This document shows, piece by piece, positions 41,499-51,741 of a stretch of DNA of 64,000 nt (position 1 is its first letter; each line of letters begins with the position of its first letter). The notes below the pieces were generated by a model, which had not been told where the DNA came from, made no database searches, and saw only the letters and a list, made by a program, of their open reading frames with translations. A program made the translations under genes and the position numbers. The DNA comes from Endomicrobium sp. (GTDB taxonomy: Bacteria; Elusimicrobiota; Endomicrobiia; Endomicrobiales; Endomicrobiaceae). The DNA is taken from NCBI GenBank assembly GCA_031264325.1, contig JAISEE010000019.1, positions 48,891 through 112,890 of the forward strand, in the 5' to 3' direction.

Positions 41499-44081
41499 CT
41501 ATGCTCCGCAACATTTTTTATATTTTTTACCACTACCACAAAGACAAAAATCGTTTCTGCCTATATTATTTAAATACTGAGGTTTAACTTTTTTGTTATT
41601 AATCCTATTTTTAAGCTCTGAGCGTATTTGAACAGACTCTTGGTTTGCATTTATCTGAACTTTAAATACGTATTCTATAGTACTTTCTCTTATTCTTCTC
41701 ATTGTAGACTCAAACAACGCAAAAGATTCCTTTTGATATTCAATTTTTGGATCTTTCTGAGCATAAGCTCTAAAACCTATACTGTGCCTCAGCTGATCAA
41801 GTTCATACAAGTGATCTTTCCATGAAATATCTATCATTTGTAACAAAACCATCCTCTCTATGTGAGTAAATAATTCCGGCGTAAGCTCTCTTATCCTTAT
41901 TTTTTCATAAAGCCCAATAACTTTGTCGTAAATATCCTCTCGAAGAGTCTCTTGAGTCAACAAATTAACTTCATGTTTATTTTGTATTCCATATTTAATG
42001 TCGAATGTCCTAAGCAACCACGCATCTATGCTTGCAAAATCCCACTCTTCAACATATTTACCAATACACCAAGAGTTAATATTTTCTTCAACAGACTCCC
42101 TCAACATATCTTTTATCTTATCAAAAATACCTTTACCTTCTAATATTTCGCTTCTAAACTTATAAACAGCCTCCCTTTGTTTATTCATAACGTTATCAAA
42201 ATCTATAAGCTGTTTTCTTATGTCAAAGTTCATACCCTCAACTTTTTTCTGAGCATTTTCCACAGCTTTAGATATCCAAGGGTGCTGTATATCTTCGCCT
42301 TCTTTGAGACCAAGTTTCTGCATAACCATAGACATTCTCTCTGAACCGAATAAACGCATAAGTTCGTCTTCCATAGACAAGTAGAATCTTGTAGAACCGG
42401 CATCTCCCTGTCTTCCTGAACGTCCTCTTAGCTGATTGTCTATTCTTCTGGACTCATGTCTTTCCGTACCTATTATGTGAAGCCCACCAAGATTTCTAAT
42501 TTCTTCATTTTGCACAGGATCCCCTGCACCAAGAACAATATCTGTTCCTCTTCCAGCCATATTTGTAGCTATTGTTACAGCTCCTTTGATACCAGCTCTA
42601 GCTATAATTTGCGCTTCCTGTTCATGATACTTAGCATTTAAAACATTGTGCTGAATACCTTTTTTTTTAAGCATCGATGATATTTTTTCAGACTTTTCAA
42701 TTGATCTTGTACCAACAAGCACAGGCTGTCCCTTTTTCCATAAACATTCGATTTCTTTTACTATCGCCTCATCTTTTTCTTTTCCAGTTCTATATATAAC
42801 ATCACCATAATCCTTCCTTATCATAGGATTATTCGTAGGAATTTCCACAACACCAAGTTTATAAATTTCCCAAAATTCTTCTACTTCTGTTAAAGCGGTA
42901 CCCGTCATACCAGCTATTTTCTTGTACATTCTAAAAAAATTTTGAAAAGTTATGGTTGCAAGTGTTTGGTTTTCATTTGCTATTTTTAAATGCTCTTTCG
43001 CTTCTATTGCCTGATGAAGACCATCAGACCATCTCCTGCCAGGCATAAGCCTTCCAGTAAACTCATCAACTATTATAACTTCCCCATCTTTTACTACGTA
43101 CTCCACATCTTTTCGATACAAATTATGTGCTTTTATGGCTTGTGTTATATGATACACCCACTCAGACTGCAAATCATCATAAATATTCTTTACGCCTAAA
43201 ATTTTCTCAGCTTTTTGAACACCTTGTTCTGTTAAAACTACCGAATGATTCTTTTTATCTATAAGATAGTCATAATCTTTTGATAAATCAACATTATCGT
43301 ATTTTGCTTTTATCTCTTCATTTTCAGTAACTATCCTACCCTTTAGCATAGGAACTATTTTATCTGAGACATAATATTTATCTGTGGATTGCTCTGCCGT
43401 ACCAGAAATAACAAGAGGAACTCTTGCTTCATCTATAAGAATGGAGTCCACTTCGTCTATAATAGCATAATTTAAAGGAGGTAGAACTCTGTCCTCCTTT
43501 ATAGTTACCATGTTGTCTCTAAGATAATCAAAACCGAGTTCATTGTTTGTAACATATGTTATATCACAGCTATACGCTACTCTTCTTTCTTCTTTACTTG
43601 TATTATGTCCTACGTTTCCTACTGTAAGACCTAACTTTTCATATACTACACCCATCCACTCTCTGTCTCTTTTAGCAAGATAATCATTGACTGTAACAAC
43701 ATGTACACATGTCTGAGGCAAAGCATTAAGATATGCCGCAAGTGTAGCAACTAAAGTTTTACCTTCACCCGTCTTCATTTCAGCAATTTTTCCTGTATGA
43801 AGAACATACCCACCAATTATTTGCACATCAAAATGTCTTAAACCTATCGTTCTAACAGATGCCTCTCTTACGCATGCGAAAGCTTCAGGTAAAATATTTT
43901 CTAAAGTTTCCCCTCTTGAAAGACGATTTCTAAATTCCACTGTCTTTACTTTTAGCTCATCGTCAGTGAGGCTTTTTATAGACGTTTCAAAAAAATTTAC
44001 TTTTTCTACAATCGGTCTTATAGATTTTATATCTCTTTCGTTTTGCGAACCAAAAATTTTACCCAAGAAGCTTTTTAGCAT
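41499..44081 (-). CDS. secA: Preprotein translocase ATPase SecA
   Basis: EMKTGEGKTL, IIDEVDSILIDEAR, ATNMAGRGTDI, QLRGRSGRQGD, C-terminal GRNDFCLCGSGKKYKKCC. Confidence 0.98.
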   Translation of the reverse strand: MLKSFLGKIFGSQNERDIKSIRPIVEKVNFFETSIKSLTDDELKVKTVEFRNRLSRGETLENILPEAFACVREASVRTIGLRHFDVQIIGGYVLHTGKIAEMKTGEGKTLVATLAAYLNALPQTCVHVVTVNDYLAKRDREWMGVVYEKLGLTVGNVGHNTSKEERRVAYSCDITYVTNNELGFDYLRDNMVTIKEDRVLPPLNYAIIDEVDSILIDEARVPLVISGTAEQSTDKYYVSDKIVPMLKGRIVTENEEIKAKYDNVDLSKDYDYLIDKKNHSVVLTEQGVQKAEKILGVKNIYDDLQSEWVYHITQAIKAHNLYRKDVEYVVKDGEVIIVDEFTGRLMPGRRWSDGLHQAIEAKEHLKIANENQTLATITFQNFFRMYKKIAGMTGTALTEVEEFWEIYKLGVVEIPTNNPMIRKDYGDVIYRTGKEKDEAIVKEIECLWKKGQPVLVGTRSIEKSEKISSMLKKKGIQHNVLNAKYHEQEAQIIARAGIKGAVTIATNMAGRGTDIVLGAGDPVQNEEIRNLGGLHIIGTERHESRRIDNQLRGRSGRQGDAGSTRFYLSMEDELMRLFGSERMSMVMQKLGLKEGEDIQHPWISKAVENAQKKVEGMNFDIRKQLIDFDNVMNKQREAVYKFRSEILEGKGIFDKIKDMLRESVEENINSWCIGKYVEEWDFASIDAWLLRTFDIKYGIQNKHEVNLLTQETLREDIYDKVIGLYEKIRIRELTPELFTHIERMVLLQMIDISWKDHLYELDQLRHSIGFRAYAQKDPKIEYQKESFALFESTMRRIRESTIEYVFKVQINANQESVQIRSELKNRINNKKVKPQYLNNIGRNDFCLCGSGKKYKKCCGA

Positions 44082-44419
44082 ATCTATATCAATTATGAAC
44101 ACCTTATCTTTTTCTTTACCTTAAGGATTTCTACATATCTACTATACTGCAACCTGCCTAATTATATAATTTTATTTATATGTACACAATATGTACACAA
44201 ATATAAAATATAAATAATATTTAAAATGACTTGATAAATTTTAACAACTTCGATAATATAAATTTATATAAAACATAGTTTACCATAAACTGTTTTATAG
44301 ACTTTTTACAAAGTTAGACTTCTCTAAGTCTTTTTGTCTATTTCAGAAAAAACCTATTCGGCAGCCTCATGGAAAATTTCAATAAAAAACTTAAACCAAT
44401 ATCTCCAACAGATTTAACA

Positions 44420-46020
44420 CCCAATCTATTCTTTTATACTAGCTATGAGATTAAATTTTTTAATGATTTAATAGTTTATATAAATCTGACTGGACTTTAA
44501 CAGGTTTTTATATTTTAATTTTCTCTAAACCAAAAAAAACCATTTACAATTCACGCTTAATAATATATCTATTACAGATATATTATTATCCTATTGATAT
44601 TTAATTTTGCAGTAGAAAATTTATACCTGCAAAAACTGAAATATCATCTCTTAATCTTAACTAATTAGCTCATGCTTTCCCTTATCCAACTTATTTTCTA
44701 TTCTTTAGGCATTTCTTATAACATTTCACTTGCTGTATAAGTTAAGCTTTTAAACTTATTCATACCATCTAAAGCTAACTCTGTTTTTATTTCTAACTGC
44801 TCATCATTTGCTAAACCTTCCCACTTTTTAATTCAGTATATAATTTTAATACTAATCTTTCCATAGTTCTGCTACTATTGTACTATTATACTCCATTTTC
44901 AACTTTTAATCAAATACCATATTCTAATTTCTTTTATATTTCCATAACTAAATAGCTATTTAGTTTATTTTAGATCCTAAATATGGGTTATTAGCTAAAT
45001 TGTATTATATCGCTTAACTCTATTTCTATTGATCATCCAATATAAAAAAACCAAAAAGCATTCCAATGGTCTTCTATCTTTGTTATTTTATATCAATATT
45101 TTACATATCTTTACATTACATATCTTTACATATTTCAGATATCTCATCAACTAATACAATAATACAACAACACCCATTTATTGTTTCTTTCATATTCATT
45201 TCTATATCAAAATACCCTAATTCCAATTTATTAATCTTTTCACTTTAAGTTTATTACCATTACCATTATAAATACAACATGCACTATTATACACTTTTAA
45301 CCCTACATTTTTACATTTTCACTATTTCTTTGATTGAGACACAAAATATATTCATTTATTTTAACACAACCCCTCCCCCATGCTAAACAAGTCTTTATTA
45401 ATAACCTCATCATATAATAATATACAAGGAATATGGCGCATCATATCCTAACTAACCCACATTTTTCAGTGTCACTATAACCAAATGGCAAATTTTCATC
45501 TTCACCATATTCCGCCATATTTTAATATATTTCTCTTTATATTTGTCACAATACTCCAAATTTTTGTTCCTTTAATCTATTTTATCTTTTATCTTTTATC
45601 TTTTATCTATTCCAACGTATATTTTTCATTGCTATAATTCTTACTTTCCTTCTTTCCTTTAATTTTATCGCGATTTGCTAAATCCACTAATTTGTATAAA
45701 AAATAATTTAATTTTGTGTTGATTTTCGAAATATCACTACTTATATCAGCCACACATATACATCACATACATAATATATAACACCATCACTGAACTCTGA
45801 TTTCTAGTTATTGAATTTTGATATCATGCCAAATAAAATTTTTACCCTGCCATAATCCAGATTAATGACCACCTATAAACCTGTATTACTAATAAACTTA
45901 AAATTACTTCTTCTAATACAATCATATAATCATATAATCATATTTCTGTTATTAAAGCACATATCGCTGCATTACTAACTGTTAATTTAAAAAAAATAAA
46001 TATCACACATGCTATCGCAT
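44420..46020 (-). pseudogene. Eroded secreted/outer-membrane (autotransporter-like) gene
   Basis: Signal-peptide-like start at 46020; G/Y/N-rich broken frames; no intact ORF; family assigned by composition only. Confidence 0.35.
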
Positions 46021-46095
46021 AAATATCAGTTCTTAGATTTTAAAGAAAGAATTAAATTAATAATTTTTGATAAGAAGAGATTATTAAAAATTAAA

Positions 46096-47178
46096 CTACA
46101 TGAATTTTGAGACAATTTGATTGAAAATAAAAATATATTTTTTGGCAAGTTTTATCCTGTCCTTCTCTTGTATAAGAGTTCTTTCTTTTAAACACTCTAA
46201 CAGAGTGAGCTTATTTTGCGGGGAATTGAAACATTTTACAGATAAACCTTCACGCAAAAGCCTTAGTCCTAGCATTATTGTTTCAGCCGTATAAAGTTTT
46301 TCGTCAATATATACATTTTCTATCGTACAGTCTATGCCATTTTCAATAAAGTTTATATATTTTTCAATATTTTCTATGTTTTTATATCTGTTTTTTTTTA
46401 AATATCCGCAAGCGCTGGCTCCAAGTCCTATATATTCCAAATTCCGCCAATAATTTGTATTGTGCAAAGCTTCTTTATTCTTTTTAGCCCAGTTTGAAAT
46501 TTCATAATGAACGTATTCAGCATGTTCCAAAATCTCTACACTTTTTTCATACATTTTACTTTGCAATTTACCATCTGCAACAATGCCGTTTTTATAAAAA
46601 ATCGTATTTTTTTCTACTGATAAAGGGTACAATGATAGATGATCGCTGTTGAATAACAATATTTTTTTTAAAACGCTTTCCCAATCATCAATTGTTTGAT
46701 TTGGTAATCCGTATATTAAATCTATGTTTACATTATCAAACCCTTCATGTTTTACATTATCATAACAGATACAAAAAGTTTTTAAGTCATGTATACGCCC
46801 TAAATATTTTAAATATTTATCTTCAACAGATTGAAGTCCTATACTTAATCTATTGACACCAAATTCTTTTAGAATAATTAATTTTTCTTTTGAAACCGAT
46901 TCCGGATTGAGTTCAAAGGTAAATTCTTTTATTTTTGATAAATTGAAGATATTGCTTAAAAATGTTAAAAGTTTTTGTATTTGTTTAGAGGATAAAACAG
47001 ACGGAGTGCCACCACCAATATACATTGAACTTATTTTTCTACTTTTAAACTTTTGGGAATGTTTTATCAAAGAATCAATATATTTATCAGCTAAATCAAT
47101 ATCGTATCTTACTGATAAAAAATCACAATAAAAACACTTTTGTCTACAAAACGGGATGTGGATATATAAACCTATCAT
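46096..47178 (-). CDS. hemW: Radical SAM heme chaperone HemW (HemN-like)
   Basis: LYIHIPFCRQKCFYCDF, GGGTPS, NRLSIGLQS, HYEISNW, HNTNYW. Confidence 0.92.
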   Translation of the reverse strand: MIGLYIHIPFCRQKCFYCDFLSVRYDIDLADKYIDSLIKHSQKFKSRKISSMYIGGGTPSVLSSKQIQKLLTFLSNIFNLSKIKEFTFELNPESVSKEKLIILKEFGVNRLSIGLQSVEDKYLKYLGRIHDLKTFCICYDNVKHEGFDNVNIDLIYGLPNQTIDDWESVLKKILLFNSDHLSLYPLSVEKNTIFYKNGIVADGKLQSKMYEKSVEILEHAEYVHYEISNWAKKNKEALHNTNYWRNLEYIGLGASACGYLKKNRYKNIENIEKYINFIENGIDCTIENVYIDEKLYTAETIMLGLRLLREGLSVKCFNSPQNKLTLLECLKERTLIQEKDRIKLAKKYIFIFNQIVSKFM

Positions 47179-47222
47179 ATGTATAAACCATTAACACTTA
47201 TCTTTCAATAAGTATATAAAAT

Positions 47223-48143
47223 TTAACTATCTGTCTTTACCTGCTTTGGCATATCTTTAAACAGTTCGGCTATACCCCCAAGAGACGCTGTAACTCCTGC
47301 AGTCTCTAAAGGTAAAAATACTTTTGTAGCTTGTCCATCAGCAACCTTGCCCAAAGCCTCCAGATATTTTATGGCGATAAGATCGTTTGTAGGTTTTCCT
47401 TCATGTATAGCTTTATAAACCATTTCAATTTTATATTTCTCTGCTTCAGCAACTTTTCTTATAGCTTCAGCTTCACCAATAGCCTCTAAGACTTGTTTCT
47501 CTTTTACGGCTTCTGCGGCAAGAATAACAGCCTGTTTAGCGCCTTCTGCCTTAAGAATAGCAGATTGTCTTAATCCTTCAGCTTCCAAAATATTCGCCCT
47601 CTTTTCTCTCTCAGCTTTCATTTGTTTAGACATGGCGTCTGTAATATCTTTAGGAGGATCGATTTTTTGTATTTCAACTCTTGTAACTTTTACACCCCAC
47701 TTGTCCGTTGCTTCATCCATTACAACCCTCAACTGTGTGTTTATTTTTTCTCTTGACGTAAGAGTGCTATCCAATTCCATATCACCTATTACGTTTCTTA
47801 GGTTTGTCTGAGCAAGTTTTAAAGCTGCAAGAGCAAAATTTTCAATATTATAAACTACTTTTACAGGATCTGTAACCTGAAAATAAATTATAGCATCAAC
47901 TACAACAGACACATTATCTTTCGTTATAACGCTTTGCGGAGGAACGTCAATAACACGTTCTCGCATATCTACTTTAAGCATTCTTTGAAATATAGGAACT
48001 ATAATATTTGCCCCAGAGTCTTTTGTGCCTGTATACTTACCTAAAGTTTCAATAAGTCCTTTTTCATATTGTTTTATTATTTCTATGGAATTAGCTATAA
48101 AAACCACAACAAACACCGTAATAATGATTCCTAAAACTATCAT
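47223..48143 (-). CDS. SPFH/band-7 (QmcA/stomatin-like) protein
   Basis: ITKDNVSVVVDA, TNLRNVIG, KWGVKVTRVEI, QMKAEREKRA. Confidence 0.93.
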   Translation of the reverse strand: MIVLGIIITVFVVVFIANSIEIIKQYEKGLIETLGKYTGTKDSGANIIVPIFQRMLKVDMRERVIDVPPQSVITKDNVSVVVDAIIYFQVTDPVKVVYNIENFALAALKLAQTNLRNVIGDMELDSTLTSREKINTQLRVVMDEATDKWGVKVTRVEIQKIDPPKDITDAMSKQMKAEREKRANILEAEGLRQSAILKAEGAKQAVILAAEAVKEKQVLEAIGEAEAIRKVAEAEKYKIEMVYKAIHEGKPTNDLIAIKYLEALGKVADGQATKVFLPLETAGVTASLGGIAELFKDMPKQVKTDS

Positions 48144-48206
48144 CTTATATCCTCCTCTATTCATACATAAATAACATTAACATATTTTCCATTATTTCTT
48201 TCTTTG

Positions 48207-48623
48207 CTACTTTTCAACTGTCAAAGTGGTACCACTTATCCTTTTAATTTTTACAGCCTCACCTTCTAAAACTTCAACGTTTGATTCAGCTCTCCAAATT
48301 TCTCCAAAAACCTTTACAAAACCAGGATTAAAAGGAATAATTTTACTAGTAACAATGGCTTTAGCCCCTATAAGACTGTCAACATTTGATTCTATAGTTT
48401 TTGACTTTTTTACAATCTTTTTAAAAAATGAACTTATAAAATATAAAGATAAAATTGAAAATATAATAAAAACAATAATTTCAATCCAAACTGAACTGAA
48501 AAGATAAGCCGATCCTGCGGCAAAAAATGAACCAACAGAAAGACACAAACAAAAGAAGGACGAAGTTGTTATTTCACAAATTGCAAAAACAACAGCAATT
48601 ATAAACCATATGGGCCATGTCAT
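48207..48623 (-). CDS. NfeD/YbbJ family membrane protein
   Basis: TM helices plus OB-fold 'GFVKVFGEIWRAES'; paired with the SPFH gene. Confidence 0.88.
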   Translation of the reverse strand: MTWPIWFIIAVVFAICEITTSSFFCLCLSVGSFFAAGSAYLFSSVWIEIIVFIIFSILSLYFISSFFKKIVKKSKTIESNVDSLIGAKAIVTSKIIPFNPGFVKVFGEIWRAESNVEVLEGEAVKIKRISGTTLTVEK

Positions 48624-49396
48624 GATATAAACTTCCAGCGCGTTACAGGCCAATACAAAAACAAAGCTTTTCCTTTTATATATTTGTCAGGTAATGGCCC
48701 CCAAAAACGCGAGTCAAAAGAAAAATCTCTATTATCTCCCATCATCATATAACAATCTTTAGTCACAATAACAGGACCAAAATTATCTCTTATAAAAATA
48801 TGCGGTATGGATGTAAAACTTCCCTTTTCCCAAGCTTGCTGATAATCCCCCTCATTTTCAAACAGTTTAAAGCTTTCAAAAATAGAGTTATCATTATAAA
48901 CTGTATAAACTTCTTTTATAAAAACATCGTTCAAGTAAAGTTTTTTATTTCTTATTTCAACTTTATCACCAGCTACGCCAATACATCTTTTTATAAAATC
49001 TTTTTTAACTCCATGCTTTCTTTCGGCAGACGTCAAAGCCTCAGGAGGACATTGAAAAACAACAACATCACCCCTTTCTATCTTTTTTAAAGCACCACAA
49101 CGCTTTCCGATGTGTTTAAACGGTACTCTAAAACCATAAAAACACTTATTAACAAAAAGATGATCTCCTTCAAGAAGAGTGTTTCTCATGCTTCCAGATG
49201 GTATTTTAAAAGCCTGAATAAAAAAAAACATAATAAACGACGCTATTATTAAAGCAGTCCAAATAGTATCAGTCCATGAATAAACGTTTTGAAATAATTT
49301 TTTAGAAATTTGTGTTTTAAAACATTTTTTAGAAATCTGCATTGTCATTGCTATTACAAAAACAATACATCCTGCAATAAAAAGTTTCAATTCCAT
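48620..49396 (-). CDS. lepB: Signal peptidase I
   Basis: IPSGSM, GDHLFVNK, DFIKRCIG, GDNRDFSFDSRFWG. Confidence 0.95.
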   Translation of the reverse strand: MELKLFIAGCIVFVIAMTMQISKKCFKTQISKKLFQNVYSWTDTIWTALIIASFIMFFFIQAFKIPSGSMRNTLLEGDHLFVNKCFYGFRVPFKHIGKRCGALKKIERGDVVVFQCPPEALTSAERKHGVKKDFIKRCIGVAGDKVEIRNKKLYLNDVFIKEVYTVYNDNSIFESFKLFENEGDYQQAWEKGSFTSIPHIFIRDNFGPVIVTKDCYMMMGDNRDFSFDSRFWGPLPDKYIKGKALFLYWPVTRWKFIS

Positions 49397-49426
49397 GATA
49401 TTTTTATACCTCATTTAGCATAGCGC

Positions 49427-51217
49427 TTATTTATCATTTATTCTAAGAATAGCCACAAAAGCTTCTGGTGGGATTTCTACTCTGCCAAACCGTCTCATTT
49501 TACGCTTGCCTTCTTTTTGTCTTTCAAGCAACTTACGTTTTCTGGTTATGTCACCACCATAACACTTTGCAAGAACATCTTTATGTATAGCCGATATTGT
49601 TTCCCTAGCAATTACTTTATTGTTTATCTTTACCTGTATAGGTATTTCAAACATATGTCTTGGGATAATACCTTTTAATTTCTCTGCAAGACAATGAGCA
49701 AAAGCTTGAGCTTTGTCCTTATGTATAATAACTGTAAAAGCATCTACGACTTTTGAATTTATCATAATCTCAAGTTTTACTAAATCTCCAAGTTGAGGCT
49801 CTATATGTTCATAATCAAAAGAAGCATACCCTTTCGAAACTGATTTCAACTCATCGTAAAAATCAACTATTATCTCCGCAAGTGGTATATGATATTTCAA
49901 AAGTGCTATTTTAATACTCATATACTTTACTGAAATCTGCTTTCCTCTTCTTTTCTGACAAAGGTCAAACATAGCTCCTAAATGTTCAACATGGCAAACG
50001 ATGGTAGCCTCAACATACGGCTCCCAAACTTCTTCAATATCGACATTATTTGGAAATTTAGAAGGAGTATCTATAGTAACATATTTTCCTTTAGTTTTCA
50101 CTTTATAAACAACATTTGCCGCCGTAACAAAAAGACTTAAATCAAACTCTCTTTCAAGCCTTTCTTTAATTATTTCCAAATGTAAAGAACCTAAAAATCC
50201 GCATCTAAAACCAAATCCTAAGGCCACAGATGTTTCATGGGAGTATGCAAATGAAGCGTCTGAAAGTTTGAGTTTTTCCAAAGCAATCTTCAAACTGTTA
50301 TATTCAGAAGTATTGTTTGGATAAAAACCCGCAAAAACAAATGGATTTACTTCTTTATATCCTTTGTGAGGATGTTTTGTTGGATTTAAACTCTCAGTTA
50401 TAGTGTCACCAATTTTTATATCCCTAATGTCTTTTATGCCGGCAACTACATATCCCACTTCACCTGAAAAAAGTTCTGATGATTCTATCATCTTTATTTT
50501 CATATATCCAACTTCAAGAACTCTATGTTCAACTCCAGAGGCCATAAAACGAACCTTCATCCCTTTGCGTACTTTGCCATTAAAAATTCTTACTATAACT
50601 ATAACACCTCTATAGGATTCATAAAAAGAATCAAAAATTAAAGCCGATAAAGGCTCATCGTTTATAATTTTCGCCGGAGGAATATTTGCAATAACAGAAT
50701 CAACCACTCCTTTTATTCCTATGCCTTTCTTAGCACTCACAAGAAGTGGTTCAACATTTACACCAAGACCTTCTTTAATTTGTTTATATGCACTGTCAAT
50801 ATCGGCAGTTGGCAAGTCTATTTTGTTTATAACAGGAACGATTTTTAAATTAGCATTCTTAGCAAGCATGGTATTTGCAAATGTTTGAGCTTCAACCCCT
50901 TGAGTAGCATCTATCACTAAAATAGCACCTTCGCAAGCTACCAAAACTCTTGAAACTTCATATGTAAAATCAACATGGCCTGGTGTGTCTATCAAATTTA
51001 AAACATAGGCCTGACCACTACTAGTTATATAGTTCATTCTTACGGCTTTAGCTTTTATTGTTATTCCCCTTTCCCTTTCAAGCTCCATACCGTCAAGTAT
51101 TTGGTCTTTCATTTTTCTTTTTAAAATTGTTCCAGTATATTCAATAAGTCTGTCGGCAAGAGTGCTTTTCCCGTGATCAATATGAGCTATAATGCAAAAA
51201 TTTCTTATGTTAGACAT
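49427..51217 (-). CDS. lepA: Elongation factor 4
   Basis: IRNFCIIAHIDHGKSTLADR, DTPGHVDF, GFRCGFLG, KCYGGDITRKRKLL. Confidence 0.98.
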   Translation of the reverse strand: MSNIRNFCIIAHIDHGKSTLADRLIEYTGTILKRKMKDQILDGMELERERGITIKAKAVRMNYITSSGQAYVLNLIDTPGHVDFTYEVSRVLVACEGAILVIDATQGVEAQTFANTMLAKNANLKIVPVINKIDLPTADIDSAYKQIKEGLGVNVEPLLVSAKKGIGIKGVVDSVIANIPPAKIINDEPLSALIFDSFYESYRGVIVIVRIFNGKVRKGMKVRFMASGVEHRVLEVGYMKIKMIESSELFSGEVGYVVAGIKDIRDIKIGDTITESLNPTKHPHKGYKEVNPFVFAGFYPNNTSEYNSLKIALEKLKLSDASFAYSHETSVALGFGFRCGFLGSLHLEIIKERLEREFDLSLFVTAANVVYKVKTKGKYVTIDTPSKFPNNVDIEEVWEPYVEATIVCHVEHLGAMFDLCQKRRGKQISVKYMSIKIALLKYHIPLAEIIVDFYDELKSVSKGYASFDYEHIEPQLGDLVKLEIMINSKVVDAFTVIIHKDKAQAFAHCLAEKLKGIIPRHMFEIPIQVKINNKVIARETISAIHKDVLAKCYGGDITRKRKLLERQKEGKRKMRRFGRVEIPPEAFVAILRINDK

Positions 51218-51229
51218 TGCAATATTTTC

Positions 51230-51685
51230 CCTTAATAATCATTTTTTATTTTTGAAGCATAAAAAATATTAAAGCTCTTAAAGTTATGTAAACATCCTTT
51301 TCGACATCATTAACCCGAGCTATAAACTGCAATCCTTAAATGATCAATAAACTACAACATCCACTTTCATCGTAAACAACTAGACATGTTTTTAGAAAGT
51401 AAATTATGTCAAAACTTATAGAGTTTGAATCATTAGAAACTATTTTTCCATAATACTCTTTCAAAATATTTAACCGCAACTTGAAACCTGACTATCTCTC
51501 TTGAATATACTTCTTTGACTGGTCCAATTTTTACTTATATCAATCTGACTATACAAACCACCACAACAGCCATATGAGAATATCTAAAATTTCAAAGTTT
51601 TGTTAAAAACTTTTACTGAACAATTTGTCCAAAAAGAACAATCTGCATAAAACAATCAAAACAAAAAAAGCTAAAATTTTTTCAT
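51230..51685 (-). pseudogene. Eroded small exported protein gene
   Basis: GAGGA RBS, ATG and signal-peptide-like start (MKK...FFVLIVL), immediately frame-broken; family unknown. Confidence 0.35.
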
Positions 51686-51741
51686 CGTATCCTCTCTATA
51701 ACAATCGGATTATTTGTAAAAAAATCAACTTTAAGATTATT

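Noticed and set aside
44316-44335. Hairpin AGACTT-CTCT-AAGTCT followed by a T run, a possible intrinsic terminator
   Set aside because: Weak AT-rich 6-bp stem and no intact plus-strand gene upstream
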